Shown: piece after piece, positions 1-12,500 of the stretch | How positions within the stretch are numbered: the stretch's first letter is position 1 | Layout: each line of letters begins with the position of its first letter | Assembly (NCBI GenBank): GCA_032718475.1 | Contig: JAUCBJ010002009.1 | Span: 1 to 47,786 of the forward strand | Reading direction: 5' to 3' | Source of the DNA: Nemertoderma westbladi | Taxonomy: Eukaryota; Animalia; Xenacoelomorpha | DNA: 47,786 bases | Notes under the pieces: generated by a model | What the model saw: the letters and a program-made list of their open reading frames with translations, nothing else | What the model was told of the DNA's origin: nothing | The model's database searches: none | Translations under genes and position numbers: made by a program

Positions 1-1812
1 ACCATAAAAAACTACGCAGGAAGTTACAAGCAGGAAGAAGAGAAGCTCATACAAAAAACTGAAAAAGAACCGTACTTTTGGTGGCGAAAACATTATTCCC
101 AACCACCATGTCCCGTCCCCTTAGACACCTGGGAAACACATTTCAGTAAACTTTTCGCAAATACTCAACCCTTGGTCGACGTTCAAGATATTATCGCTGA
201 TTCCGATGGAGAACATGATGAATTACCCTACAATGCACCATTCCTACCAGAAGAAGTAAGGAAAGAATTTATGAGCAAGCCCAATGGTAAATCAGGAGGC
301 CCAGACAGTCTTCCGTACGAACTACTGAAACAATCTCTTCCAATTACACTAAATTTCTGGGTACTATTATTCAACATATGTTTCTTTACAATAAATATTG
401 TAACCAGTTGGAAGTCAAGCATATGTAAAGTACTTTACAAGGGAAAAGGTACACGAAATGATCCAGACAACTATAGAGGGATTGCACTACTATGCAATAT
501 TTATAAAATTCTAACAAGCCTAATCGCCAAAAGACTTAGAGACTTTGTTATAGATAAAATACCCCGTGAACAATTTGGATTTTTGCCCGGTCGATCCACC
601 GCTCAACCCATTAAGCAACTAATAGACAGTATAATCTCCAGCATCCCGCACAAGAAGCCAGTCTATGCATGCTTCGTGGATTTCAGAAAAGCCTTCGATT
701 CTGTTTCAAGGGAAAGGTTAATCAACAAATTAAAGACCCAATTCAATATAAAAGGGCGTCTCCTACGATTTCTCAAACTTTTGCTCTCGACCAACTATAT
801 CCAGGTGTTCGATGGTCTCAGAAAAACAAACTTGATCGCCCAACTACGAGGGTTACTTCAGGGAGACTCACTGAGTCCGTTGCTTTTTATCCTATACATA
901 GCTGATATTGTAATCAAGATTAAAAATGCAGCAATTGCGATCGCAATTTTATTGTTTGCTGATGATTTGTTACTCTATTCTGAATCCAGGGAACCAATAC
1001 AAGCTGGTCTTAATGCTTTACTGGAATGGTCCATTGAAAACCACCTCTCTGTTAATTTAAAGAAAACGGCGATAATAAAGTTCCGGCGTGGCGGCAGGCT
1101 GTGCAAAAGCGACAAATTTACATATAACGGCGACATTGTTCCTATTGTTAACTCATATACATATCTAGGCGTCACATTTCAAACGACGTTAACTTTCACA
1201 AAACACATAATTAATGTCTGCTGCAAATCAATCGTTGCTATTCATAGCATTAAAAATCCAAGACTGTTATCCCTAAAAACAGCTCTAAAAATTTTCGATA
1301 TCAAGATACTACCAATAATGACATATAACCTAGACAAAATCTGGCCATACCTAACATCAAATCAACTACACAGGATCGACAAAGTAAAATCGTTTTACTT
1401 AAAGAAAGTGCTCAGTCTTCATAAATGTTCCAGAAACCGGCTAGTTTTGGCGCTGTGTATGGAAAATACTCTGGTAGAAGATATTATTATCAAATTAAGA
1501 CTACCCGAAACAGATGCCCTCGAACTATATAGAAAGAATGTTGACGCAAAAGTACAGGAGATATCTAATGAGTTCCTCTCAGGTCCAGGTTTTACTTCTA
1601 GGAGCTGGGTAGAACCAATGCAACACAACAGGCACGTCATTACAAGATTGGCTATACATGGCTTTCATTATAAACTATGTTGCACCGATGGCTATCATGA
1701 TCCTCTTGAAACTTGCATATGTAAACTCTGCGGGAACTCAGCACCACTCTACCACATATTATCTTGCCCCTCTAACCGGAAATCAATCTCAACGTGGGCG
1801 GAAGAAGAGTAG
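1..1812 (+). CDS. Non-LTR retrotransposon (LINE) ORF2, reverse transcriptase with C-terminal Cys/His domain; 5'-partial at window edge
   Basis: Frame 1 is open from base 1 to the stop at 1812. RT motifs: KSGGPD, NYRGIAL, QFGF, FVDFRKAFDSV, GLLQGDSLSPLLF, LLFADD, YTYLGV. C-terminus HGFH...CICKLC...HILSC. Confidence 0.95.
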   Translation, partial: TIKNYAGSYKQEEEKLIQKTEKEPYFWWRKHYSQPPCPVPLDTWETHFSKLFANTQPLVDVQDIIADSDGEHDELPYNAPFLPEEVRKEFMSKPNGKSGGPDSLPYELLKQSLPITLNFWVLLFNICFFTINIVTSWKSSICKVLYKGKGTRNDPDNYRGIALLCNIYKILTSLIAKRLRDFVIDKIPREQFGFLPGRSTAQPIKQLIDSIISSIPHKKPVYACFVDFRKAFDSVSRERLINKLKTQFNIKGRLLRFLKLLLSTNYIQVFDGLRKTNLIAQLRGLLQGDSLSPLLFILYIADIVIKIKNAAIAIAILLFADDLLLYSESREPIQAGLNALLEWSIENHLSVNLKKTAIIKFRRGGRLCKSDKFTYNGDIVPIVNSYTYLGVTFQTTLTFTKHIINVCCKSIVAIHSIKNPRLLSLKTALKIFDIKILPIMTYNLDKIWPYLTSNQLHRIDKVKSFYLKKVLSLHKCSRNRLVLALCMENTLVEDIIIKLRLPETDALELYRKNVDAKVQEISNEFLSGPGFTSRSWVEPMQHNRHVITRLAIHGFHYKLCCTDGYHDPLETCICKLCGNSAPLYHILSCPSNRKSISTWAEEE

Positions 1813-1922
1813 GAATCTTGAACATTTTAATTTATTTTAATGTATATTTATAATATATTGCTATATATTTTATGTATATTGTTATTTGCCAATATCACGG
1901 CGTAATTCATTCATTATATATA
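1..1922 (+). mobile_element. LINE 3' portion (RTEX/L2-group-like, clade uncertain)
   Basis: Intact RT ORF followed by a short AT-rich 3' UTR ending ATTCATTCATTATATATA. The 3' boundary is approximate. Confidence 0.8.
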
Positions 1923-3577
1923 AAAAACTACGGAAAACGTGATTGTTTGCGAATTTTTGACAAAAGATCCAGTTAAATAATGAACTCTAGTTTTTATCTG
2001 ACTTCAATAAAATTTAACATGTTATATAAAGCTGAAAGAAAGCTTGAAAATTTGTCTTTAAATGTAATAATGAAACATCATAATCTGTAGATGTAGAGTT
2101 AACACACAGGAACAATTTATTTACCATTGCACTTCCCTTTGGGACCTAAAATGTAAAATGGAAAAAATATTAGCGATTGTGGTTACATGAAAAGTATCTC
2201 AATTCATCGAAAACTTTTGAAGATATGTGGTTTTGAAGTGCTTCGGATCGAGACAGAAAATCATAAATTGTCCCATCCTGTAAACCAGCTTATAGTCAGC
2301 ATTGCATATCATTGGTACCTCAGTGTGAAACAATAACAGTTCCTGAATCGCCTTTGAAAATGGTTTGTTTTGATGTATAATGTTCATATGCAGCATTTAT
2401 AATGTGTGTTTGGCATTTTCATTCGTACCATATAACGCCCCCCCACCTGTAACCGCCTGTAAGCGGCTCTCATTACATTTACATGGAAGGTTACAGGAAG
2501 ACAAAAGTTCCACGCCTATAACCAATTATCGTGGAAATTGTGTTAATATAATGGTTACCGGCAGTGGACAGAAAGGGACACGTAGCATATTTTTTTTACA
2601 GATCATATTTAAGTTCGGACAATACTCGCACTGGATTCTACAGACTCTCTGAGCTTTCAGAACATGCCGGAATATCATTGAAAAACTATACTTTTTACAA
2701 AAAAAATGACTCTACAGGTACTTTGGCCAGTGCAACCATTGTTTCCATCACCGAAATCCCCATCTTATGGCATACTTTTTACCAATTTTCATTTCAGACA
2801 CCTCAGGACGTTGAATTTAATATAACCATTTTAAAAGTGAAAGGGATTGTAAATATATTGATTAAGATACAACCTGGAATACAATGTTCATGCCATTGTC
2901 TGTTATTGAATAAATTATTAAAATTAATTTAACTGTACAAACTTCATTATCATTACGATATGGCACACTTTATAATTTGAAACCGGGGCTTTTTCTAGTG
3001 GAATAATAGTTAGTAAAAACGTTCTGGAACACACCACTGGGGGGTCGGAGTTCGTATTGCTATTGTAGATAAAGTCCTGAGCCGGTGTTGACACTTTCGG
3101 ACAGTTTTAGAAAACTCCCCCATGATGCCAGTTGGACATCAGTAGGAGTATTAATGACAACAATAATATCTACCCTATTAAGTTAATACATTTACTATAT
3201 ACGTCCACGTAAGATAAAATATATATTCCGGACCATAATAAGCCTATATTACAAATTTGATTCCCATTAATAAGAAGGAATGGATGCTTTTTACCCCAGA
3301 CCTGCTTCTAGTTTGTTACTTTTGTAGACTTCCCCCAGATTTTTTGAATTAAGCGATATAACTATTAATATTTACATTAAACATTACTGTTGTTTACGAT
3401 TCACACAAACACAACATATTCACGGATAATCAGGTATTTCGGTCAAATAATATAAAATGTTGTGGATATAAGACGACGGTATATACAATAAGAAATACGT
3501 TATGGGATTAAGTTTTCTCCAATCATGATAGATAATAGCAACATAAAAAATACTTCGATGCAAATTTTAAACCTAAA

Positions 3578-6500
3578 TTATTTGTCCTCGTCGCTGACTG
3601 GTAGAGTTACTTGGGGCACAGAACTTTCTTCCCTATGGACCTCTTTATTACTAGGAACTGCGTTTTCATTTTCTTTAACTTCGACTTGTTTGGTATTATC
3701 TTGTTGATACTCATGCTCCTCAATTTCTTTTATATCTTCCTCCGAGGGTTTACGATGTCTTAATGCACTTGTTGGACGTTCTTCTAACCTTTTATCATCA
3801 TCCAGAATCTGAACGGATCTTGGAACACCCCTAGCAGGTGGTCGAGCTAAAGCTTGCCCATTTGCAGAGTGCAAAGTTTCCGTATCGCCCGTGGTGGAGT
3901 CTAGGAATGTAGCCATCCGTTTCGGTTTAAATTTCACTCGCCTGGGAGTCCCATCCGGAGTCCCCGCATCCAGAATCATAGCTACTCCTGCTCTTATCAG
4001 CTCATCTCCGCTGATACCAGATATGTTGACTGTCAGGTCCACCACCCAGTGTTGGCGAGTGGAATTTGTGTACACATGGCAAATAAACTGGTTAGCATCA
4101 CCACGAGGGGTTTTCCTAATCTGTGAAGAAACAGGTCGAATGAAAATACTCGGAAGTCTAAACAAATTTTGTAACTTTGTTGCAGGAATCATGCATTCGT
4201 TCGGAATGTTCCATGCTGCTCCTATTAAGTATATATTTGCTAAATATATCCCTGAAGTTTCTGTTATTTCGCAATTATCATCTGTCATTGATGTTGAAAC
4301 TTCACAAGCAAATTCTAATTCATCTTGTAGACAACCCAACTCTATTGACTTCTCGTGTTTTAATGCCATTAGGAATCCTTTAGGGTTGACTAATCCACCA
4401 AGCCACACTTTCTTTATGCGACATCGTTTTGTCTCATGGTGGGTGTCTGTTATTCTAGGAACCACACCTTGCTTCACCCAGTGATATAGTTGCCTGTAAC
4501 GAGATTCTAGTTGCTCTAAGAAACTGATAAGGACGTGAGTGCATGGTGTTTGTGTGGGATGAGTCCATGCTGTTGGCACTAAGTCTTGGGCCAGGGTGTT
4601 TGCAATATCTATTAGAGAAACTGGGATTGTTCCTACACCAGCTAGTAAGTAGTGGTGCAGCTGGTGAACACACTCACGGATGTGGCATATCTGCATGTTG
4701 AACCACTGGCACTCCTGAAGAATCACAAATGATAAAATTTCTGGTGTTTCCACTTGATGACTACCCGTTGAGCTGCTCATCCGTGATGGTGGGTGATATG
4801 GGAATGTAAATTGTCTGGCATCGAATCCTGAAGGTTCTCCAACTTTAAGCAATGGTGGCAATCTCTCAAGGCATATCTCAATGCTCAAACGGACCCGACT
4901 TACATTTACTTGTTGCCCTTTATCAGATATTATCTCAGGACCATTTCTAAGCCAATCGAAAAGGTTATCAAGACCAACCATAAACTCAATGCTGTTCGCC
5001 TCATTGGAACGTTTATCTATGTTAGGGTGTAAACCCAACAGCACTGAAGACGAACGTTGTTGGCTAAATTTCTCCGACAACCAAACAGCCCAAAATGTAG
5101 GTTGAACATCAATAGGTGGCAATGGAACACTCGTTTTATCTGTGGTTCCACTTAAATATGTTCTAAATATTTTGTCTGCTGTTACTTGTAAGGCATCTTT
5201 GTCGGAAATATTTGTAACAACATTTGAATATATGTACTCAGTTGCATATACAGTTAACGTTTTGCATGTAATCTCATTTTGATTGCGTAAGAATTCAAAT
5301 GCATCAACTAATTGGGTTTGGTTGAGCGTATACCATTGTGTCATGCCAGGTCCAGGGAAGCATTGTCTTGCTACCAAATACCCATGTAAAATTACACAAG
5401 CAAAAAACGCACTTCTTTGCATATTATTAAAAATTTCCGCACTTGTTAAAATATCTTTTGGTATTAGACGTAATGTTGAAATTATCGAATCCTTAACAGC
5501 ATACACCAATGTTCCATCTGTGAAACGTCTCATTTGTGGGTGCATTTCAGATACATTTTCATCCATAGATGGAATTATATCCCAAGATACTGGTTGCAAA
5601 ACCTGTTTTAATACTTTAGGCATATTTGGGCAGTTCCCACCGACGAGCCATATCGTTAATTTTGAAGCACCATTGTTATTATCAGTATCACATTGTATTG
5701 ATGAAATCAGCCGGCCTAAAGGATCATAGGAGTTCTGATCAAAATGATGAATATTGTTTAAAATTACCCAACCACCTGTTTTGATGCAACCATGCAGTGT
5801 GGATTTCACATCTGTCAACTTCTTTTCACTTAAGTTCAATGTTACATGACAAATGCTATTGGCATCTGCCAATGACTGAAGCATTGATGATGCATTTTCG
5901 CTGCTAATGAGACTTGATATTAGTGATTTTACACTGTCACCTGAATGTGATGGGACCAATAAAAACATACCAGGACATCCAATGTTCATTAAGAGTTCCA
6001 AATCAGACCAGTGCGGTTTCAAATTTAAGTCAATATTTCGCGCCAAATGTTTAGTTGAGTATTTGCTGAGTGATACTGGAAGTCTGTCAGCTCTCAACAT
6101 CCTTAAAATTAGAAGTTGATGAAATTCAGACAATTCGGGTTGTCCTGAAGATTTGCTTATCCAAGGAATAGGTTCCTTCTCAGGTGCTCTTGATGTGTAC
6201 CATTTTTCCCATTTTTCTGAATTCGAAGCGATTTGCACACAAAGACTGTCCAAAGGCCCAGGCAATATTGATAACGCCAAAATATCATCAAACTTGTGAG
6301 CGGGTAAAAAGGCTGGTGGATTGAGATCACAGTCAAAATCAGACAAGTTTAGATTAATGTTTTCTAGTCCGGGATTGCCTTGCATTAGTAGAGCGAGTTC
6401 TTCATCTGTAGCAACATCATCTTTAAGCAGAGCGACTGATAACAAAGTCACTAATAATAAGCGATGCTCATCAAGAATGCATTGTTTGATGTGGTGTAGG

Positions 6501-9500
6501 AAATTTTCGGTAAATTTGTTAACTATGTCTTCAATATTTTCTGCTGCCACACCAATAAAATTGAAATCTGTACTAGGTTCCGGTAAATAGGACATATAAT
6601 CAATACCTTCTTCATTGTTCAGCTGCTTACAAAATTCATTAACAGCATCATTACTGGCTGGATCTAAATCATCGTTATGGGCTTCCCCTATAGATTTATA
6701 TAATATGATGATTAATAAATTAAAATTAAAGATATAATGAGGATTTAGGACTTCCAGACTTTGGAGGACAGAGTACAGACATGAAGCTCTCCTCGCTATA
6801 GGTAGAAATTCAGAAATCATTTCATTTAATCTAGACTGTGTAACTTCCAATTCCTCTAATCGACGAGATATAATTTCCATATGTGAAAAAACCTCGGCCA
6901 CATTTCCTGTCTCCTGACAAATTTTGTTGCTGGACAGTTGACCCATTTGCTCCATTATTTTCATGTCTATTCTCTGCAATACTTTTTTATGGTAGAATAT
7001 CCCTAGTTGCACCTTTTTAATTTCATAGTAAAGTTCTGAGTGTATTCGCATCATAGCTATCTTCAATACTTTCTCCTTAATGTTGTCTGGAGTTAGAGTA
7101 TGGTTAATGATTGTAAGAGCACTGGCAATGAAAGGCTGGAATCGTGCCCTACAATCTTGGGTATGTAATGTCAGTGCAAACTCATTCGTGCAATAAAGTC
7201 TTCTGTTGCCGAATTCTATCATTTGCATATCATCTTGCAATGAACTGCTGTCATCATGGTTATTTAGATCATCAAATGAACGATTAAAACAATTATAAAC
7301 TATAGGGTAAACTACAGAATCAACTTTCTCATCACTATCATGAAGGTACAGCATTTTCTTCATACGAATGCCTTGTTCAATATTAGCAATTATCACAGGA
7401 TCTCTTCTGGCCTGCATATTTACTTTGATAACATTTGAATTTTCCAGATTGCCTTCATTGTTAGGATCAACCAATAGAAGACCTTTAAATTGCATAGTCT
7501 CCATTATTGTTCTGTTCTCTATTTGGAATGTGTCATACCCCTTAACTACCCACATGTCCACTAATTCTTCCCCAGCTATTAATTTTACAAGTGACCTAAT
7601 GTAAGCCCTATAGCCATTGCTGTATACATATGACAGCTCTTTAGATATGTCAGGTCTTTGAAGTTCCTGATTTTGAGATTCATTATCTTCTTCAAGGTCT
7701 GTTCTATTCTCGTCCCTTTTTGGGCTATGCTTTTGTGATTGTCCACCATCATTTTCGTTAAGATTTCTTTCTTTTTGGTTCTCATTATCACCATCATTAG
7801 AAACATAATCCTGATCTTTATCTAATTTTGCATTGTCTCTTGACCATTTCTTTAGAAATGGGATAGACCAGTCCACAATTCTACCCTTCATTGGGTCTAT
7901 ATGGTCAATGACTAATGGAATTCCTCTCTCTTGCAAGCAGTGAGGCCAATGTATGGTTAGCATCAAGCATCGAAATGCTGAGTCATATGGACCTAGATAA
8001 ATAGCAAAGGCACTGGCAATAGCTATTCCACCCGGTATAGCTTGCTCCCTTTCTTGTAAAGACTCATACACCTGGGCACAAAGATCGTGTTGACTGTGTA
8101 AAAGATTACTAAATTCTCTCGCTGCATCAAGATTTTTCTGCAGTTCTTCAGTTTGGCGCTTCTGTTTAGCCCTGTCTACAGTTGCTTCTTCATAACCACC
8201 TGCTAAATCATTGAGACGGGCATCAAGTGTCACTCTCCTTGCATCTAAACCTATCTGGCGTTGTACAGATAATTTGATATAATTGGTTGTGACCTCTACC
8301 TTGGTAATTAGGGGTTTTATTTTCTGCACCTGTAACTTGTGATATTTTACAACATTAATTAACCACTGACATAGAAAACCTGCTGACTCATTATCACATT
8401 TTGACTTTACTATATCTGGTACAAAGTCTGGTTTTTTGGTATAATTTGATTCTATTAGAGAAATTGTTGAATTTTCAATTTCAACCTGGTCGAAATGCAT
8501 AAGTTCCTCTTTGAAATGATCAAGATTTGCCATTTGTCGTTTTGCTCCTTTTGCCCAAGTTGTATCTGCACTTGGAGACTTAACAATCATAATGATTCCT
8601 GCCATAACTTCAGCCACAAGTGGATCGGGTTTTTGTAACGATTTTATTTCTGCCAATAGGTTTGTATTCAATGATCTGACCACTTGTTTAGTTTCATTAT
8701 TTAATTTATTTGCTTGATATGTGGCTCTTTGTAATGCCATTTCATATTCTGGAAGCATTTTCTTAAGATGCGATGTTTTATGAATTTGATTGTTTACTGC
8801 TTCTAATTGCTTTTCAGCAATAGCATTATCTTGTCCGATTTGTGATAATAACGCATCCGTTGCCTTATGTTTTTCCTCTAATACAGAGCACTCATGCTTT
8901 AATTTCTTTTCTAATTTATCAGTTTCTTGCATTGTTTTTTCAATGTTTGCAAGTGCTTGTGAGGTATTATCGTGCTCGGCATTGATTGTTGTAAAACGTT
9001 CTTGTACAAAATGTAGAAAACATTCTACGAATTTTTCAAATGTTGTGTTTGTAAGGTTCCGGTATTCCCCTGAAGATTTCTCTTGGCCATCCTGTTGCCG
9101 AATAGCCAAATGCATTGATGCCAACATATGACTTAGGTTTTCATCATTCAAATAGATGTTCGCATTTTGAACTAACTCACTGTGCCTCCAATGAGGAAAC
9201 ATTATTATGTTTAAGTGTCTCATCAATGCTGGGAATTCTCTGAACCTCGCTTGAAATGTTTCATCTGCCATTTCAAATGTTAATATTAACCTAAATTTAT
9301 TTATGACATTTGTTAAGAAGAAATCCCAAGCTACATCTCTTGAAAACTTTAAACCAGCATTCACAACTTCACTTCTTATTGAATTAATGACAGATGTTTT
9401 ATCTTCGTCAGAAAACAAGCTTTCTACACTTCCTGAAACCAAAAGCTCACTTAACAGAGTTAAACAGTCATCACTTAACAACTCTTCATTACCTAGTAAA

Positions 9501-12500
9501 AATACAAGTTTCTCACCTCCCACGCCAGCCCTAATGAATCCATCAAGCAATTCTTCTTTAAATTGATTTATTGTATAATCAACTGAGGATGTTGCAGGTG
9601 ATGGAGTTACCCGAAAAACTGTTGCCCCAGTCAAGTGTGCCGCAATGAATACCTCGTTAACTACTTGACCTGGTGATCCATTACCTATCAACACAGCATG
9701 TCCAGTTGATGGTGGTGAATGTAGTATACGAGCTATACGAAAAAGTTCTTCCATTGTTGATCTGTAAGGGCTTAATCGAATTGGTGGCTTATCCCTCATG
9801 TATTCTTCGCAACTTTCAAGAACAATATCTCTTAGACTGTCTGTTTCGAAATACGGACTGTAGTAATCTGTGGGATTTTTCATTGAAGGATCACCAGCTA
9901 CTACTAAGCCTGAATCTTCGTGCCGCATGCTACAGTACACTGGTTTCATTTCATCTTCCACAATATGCAACAGCTCATCCGATTCAAACTGTTTTCTGCA
10001 TGCAGTAATAAATGTTTTCTCAAACCTATCATGGTCAATGTATGAAGCCAGGCGCCTCCCAAGTACCCAAAAACATTCATGTCTCCATAACATCATAAAA
10101 TCATTCTTTGAGCAACTTTGGGTTAGGGAAAGACATAGATTTCGTGAGATTGTCATTAAATCCCTCATAGTGAAAATGTAATGACATCTTTCAGGTGTTA
10201 GTAAGAACATTTTCTGGAGTTTTTGCAAAATTTCGATAGTAATCAACATAGTTGTGTTTATTAATGATTGCATTTCTAAACCTGGACTTGTGCCTGGTAC
10301 CATTGTTTGAACAACCCGTGAAACACGTCTTCCTTTTGTTTTTTTGTCATGACCAATGAAGTGGGTTAAGAGCAATGTTGAAAAGATTCCATGCATATCT
10401 TGGATATCGGGATCAGGAACAGCCAATATTGTAAAGTGATTCGCTAACCTTGGATTTATTGAACTACTCCATGATGTGCCACTCATTGCCTTTGGGTTAA
10501 TTGTTACAATATAGTTACATTTTTCGACTTTGTGCCAATTCATACTAACTGGATCATGAAAACCTCCAGCATCAATGTGTTGGCGAACAAATTCACATAC
10601 ATTTTGATTGTTCATAATGTGATCGACTTTGCTCAGGTTTAGGTCATCTAAAAATATTATGAGTTTCTTGTTGTTTTGAGGGACGTAAACTGGTCCATGT
10701 TTCCACTCCAAATTCTTGTCCATTTGCTTCCAAAGCTGTTCTGAGTCAGTAAACTTGTTGCAGTTATGTACAGTCGAAGTGAATTCGGAAACCTTTGAAT
10801 TCCATACATGTCTCAATTTTTCCATTACAATTTGGGTTTTGCCACAACCCCAATCTCCTATGAGCATAACTGGTTTTCTGGCTTCAGCTAGAAGCTCCAT
10901 AATACAACTGATTTGATATGAATGTGCTGTGTGAACAAATGCATTGATGGGAATTTTTGAATGGCTCTCGGCGGTGTACATTGGGGTAATGTCTTCCCAT
11001 CTCACCCAATCATATGTTTCACTGTCTACAAAATAATCCCAAACACTGCCATCTTCTGGAAATCTACAATAACGCCCCCACTCCTGCCGCCAGTATTGAC
11101 TAAACTGATAGCGAAATTGTGGTTTTAAGTTTCCACCAAATGCCCATATGCAGGCAATATTGAAGTATCTCTCAAATTCTTCATCTGCAAGGTCATGTTT
11201 ACCTTTCAACATGCCAGCGAGCAGACTTGTAAGTGTAGATATGATGTTTTCATCAGTGACAGGGATGATTTGGCTCATAGCTGGCGACAGTAAATCAGTA
11301 GCACCTGTCAGAGCATTTTTCATGTTGTTGTGCAAATAGTCAAACACTGATTGCAAGTAGATATCAGCATAAATTTGTATTAAATTTGATTGGGGGTGTG
11401 AAAATTCTTTGATCCATTTCTTAAACAACAGCTCCCAATTGACATCAATTTTCGTCATACATATAACTGGGAGATGACACAGAATAGATGGAGTCATTTG
11501 AGACAAATTTTCAATCTCCCAAATGATTTCAACATTTTCATTTATTTTAACATTTTCATTATTTCCCAGAACCACAGAATTATTGTGATGGAGTATGCTT
11601 CCAAATGTTTCCATTTGTCGAGGGTCAATTGACCCATCAATTGTAAACATCGCAATACTTTGACTATTATTGTGTGTTATGTTATTCTTTAAAGCATTGG
11701 TAAAAATGCCATCTCTCCATACTAATGTTTTATAATGTCTATAGCCCAAAAACATATAGGAATCAAGTGCTTGAGGAAAAATTCTATCATGTGTAACTTG
11801 TGTCCCAACTCTATTTAAATAATGTTTGTAACACTTTATAAGAGTGGACTTTCCTGTTGAAGGATGTCCTGTGATTATGCAGACTTTATGTAGATTCATA
11901 AAGGAAATTACACTTTCAAGTTTTGTTTTGAAATTTATTCCTGCAATTAGACCACATTCTTCAATAGTTCCAGATATAACATCAGATGAATTCTGCATGG
12001 CTGGACTTGATGAGGTTGTCCCTTCTGGCGAAAGGCTTCTGCATTCAGCAATAGGTGTTAGTCTGGGTGGTGATACCATTTCTGTATCTACACCTGTAAA
12101 CGTGTCTGAAAGCAATGTCAAAAATAAAGAAACTTCACTGCCCGATAAACCTCCTATAAATATAACCTTCAATGCTTTTACTGTTGCTTGACTTTCAATG
12201 TGTATAAGATCTTCAGGAACTTTTGACATATAATCTTCCATCTTCATATGTTCCAGAGACAACAAAATAGATAATTGCCTTCCGGCTTCTTTGCCTACCT
12301 GAATAAATGTTGGTAATGTCCATCCCGTGGCAGTTACTTCAATACCAACGTAGGCCTTATTCGGAATTGCTTGAATGGTTCCAAAAATCTGCTCACATGT
12401 TTCCTTCATTATTTTTAATTTCCTTGAAATTGTTTGGGCATGAAAGAAACCTTCCTTTACAAGTAAAGTTTCCAAAACCACACAAGAATCGAGAGATGGT

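Noticed and set aside
2100-3150. Possible minus-strand micro-exons (e.g. ag|GTCCCAAAGGGAAGTGCAATG|gt at ~2125-2145; GDFGDGNNGCTG at ~2720-2762)
   Set aside because: I could not assemble a consistent frame or recognise a product; RNA-seq is needed.
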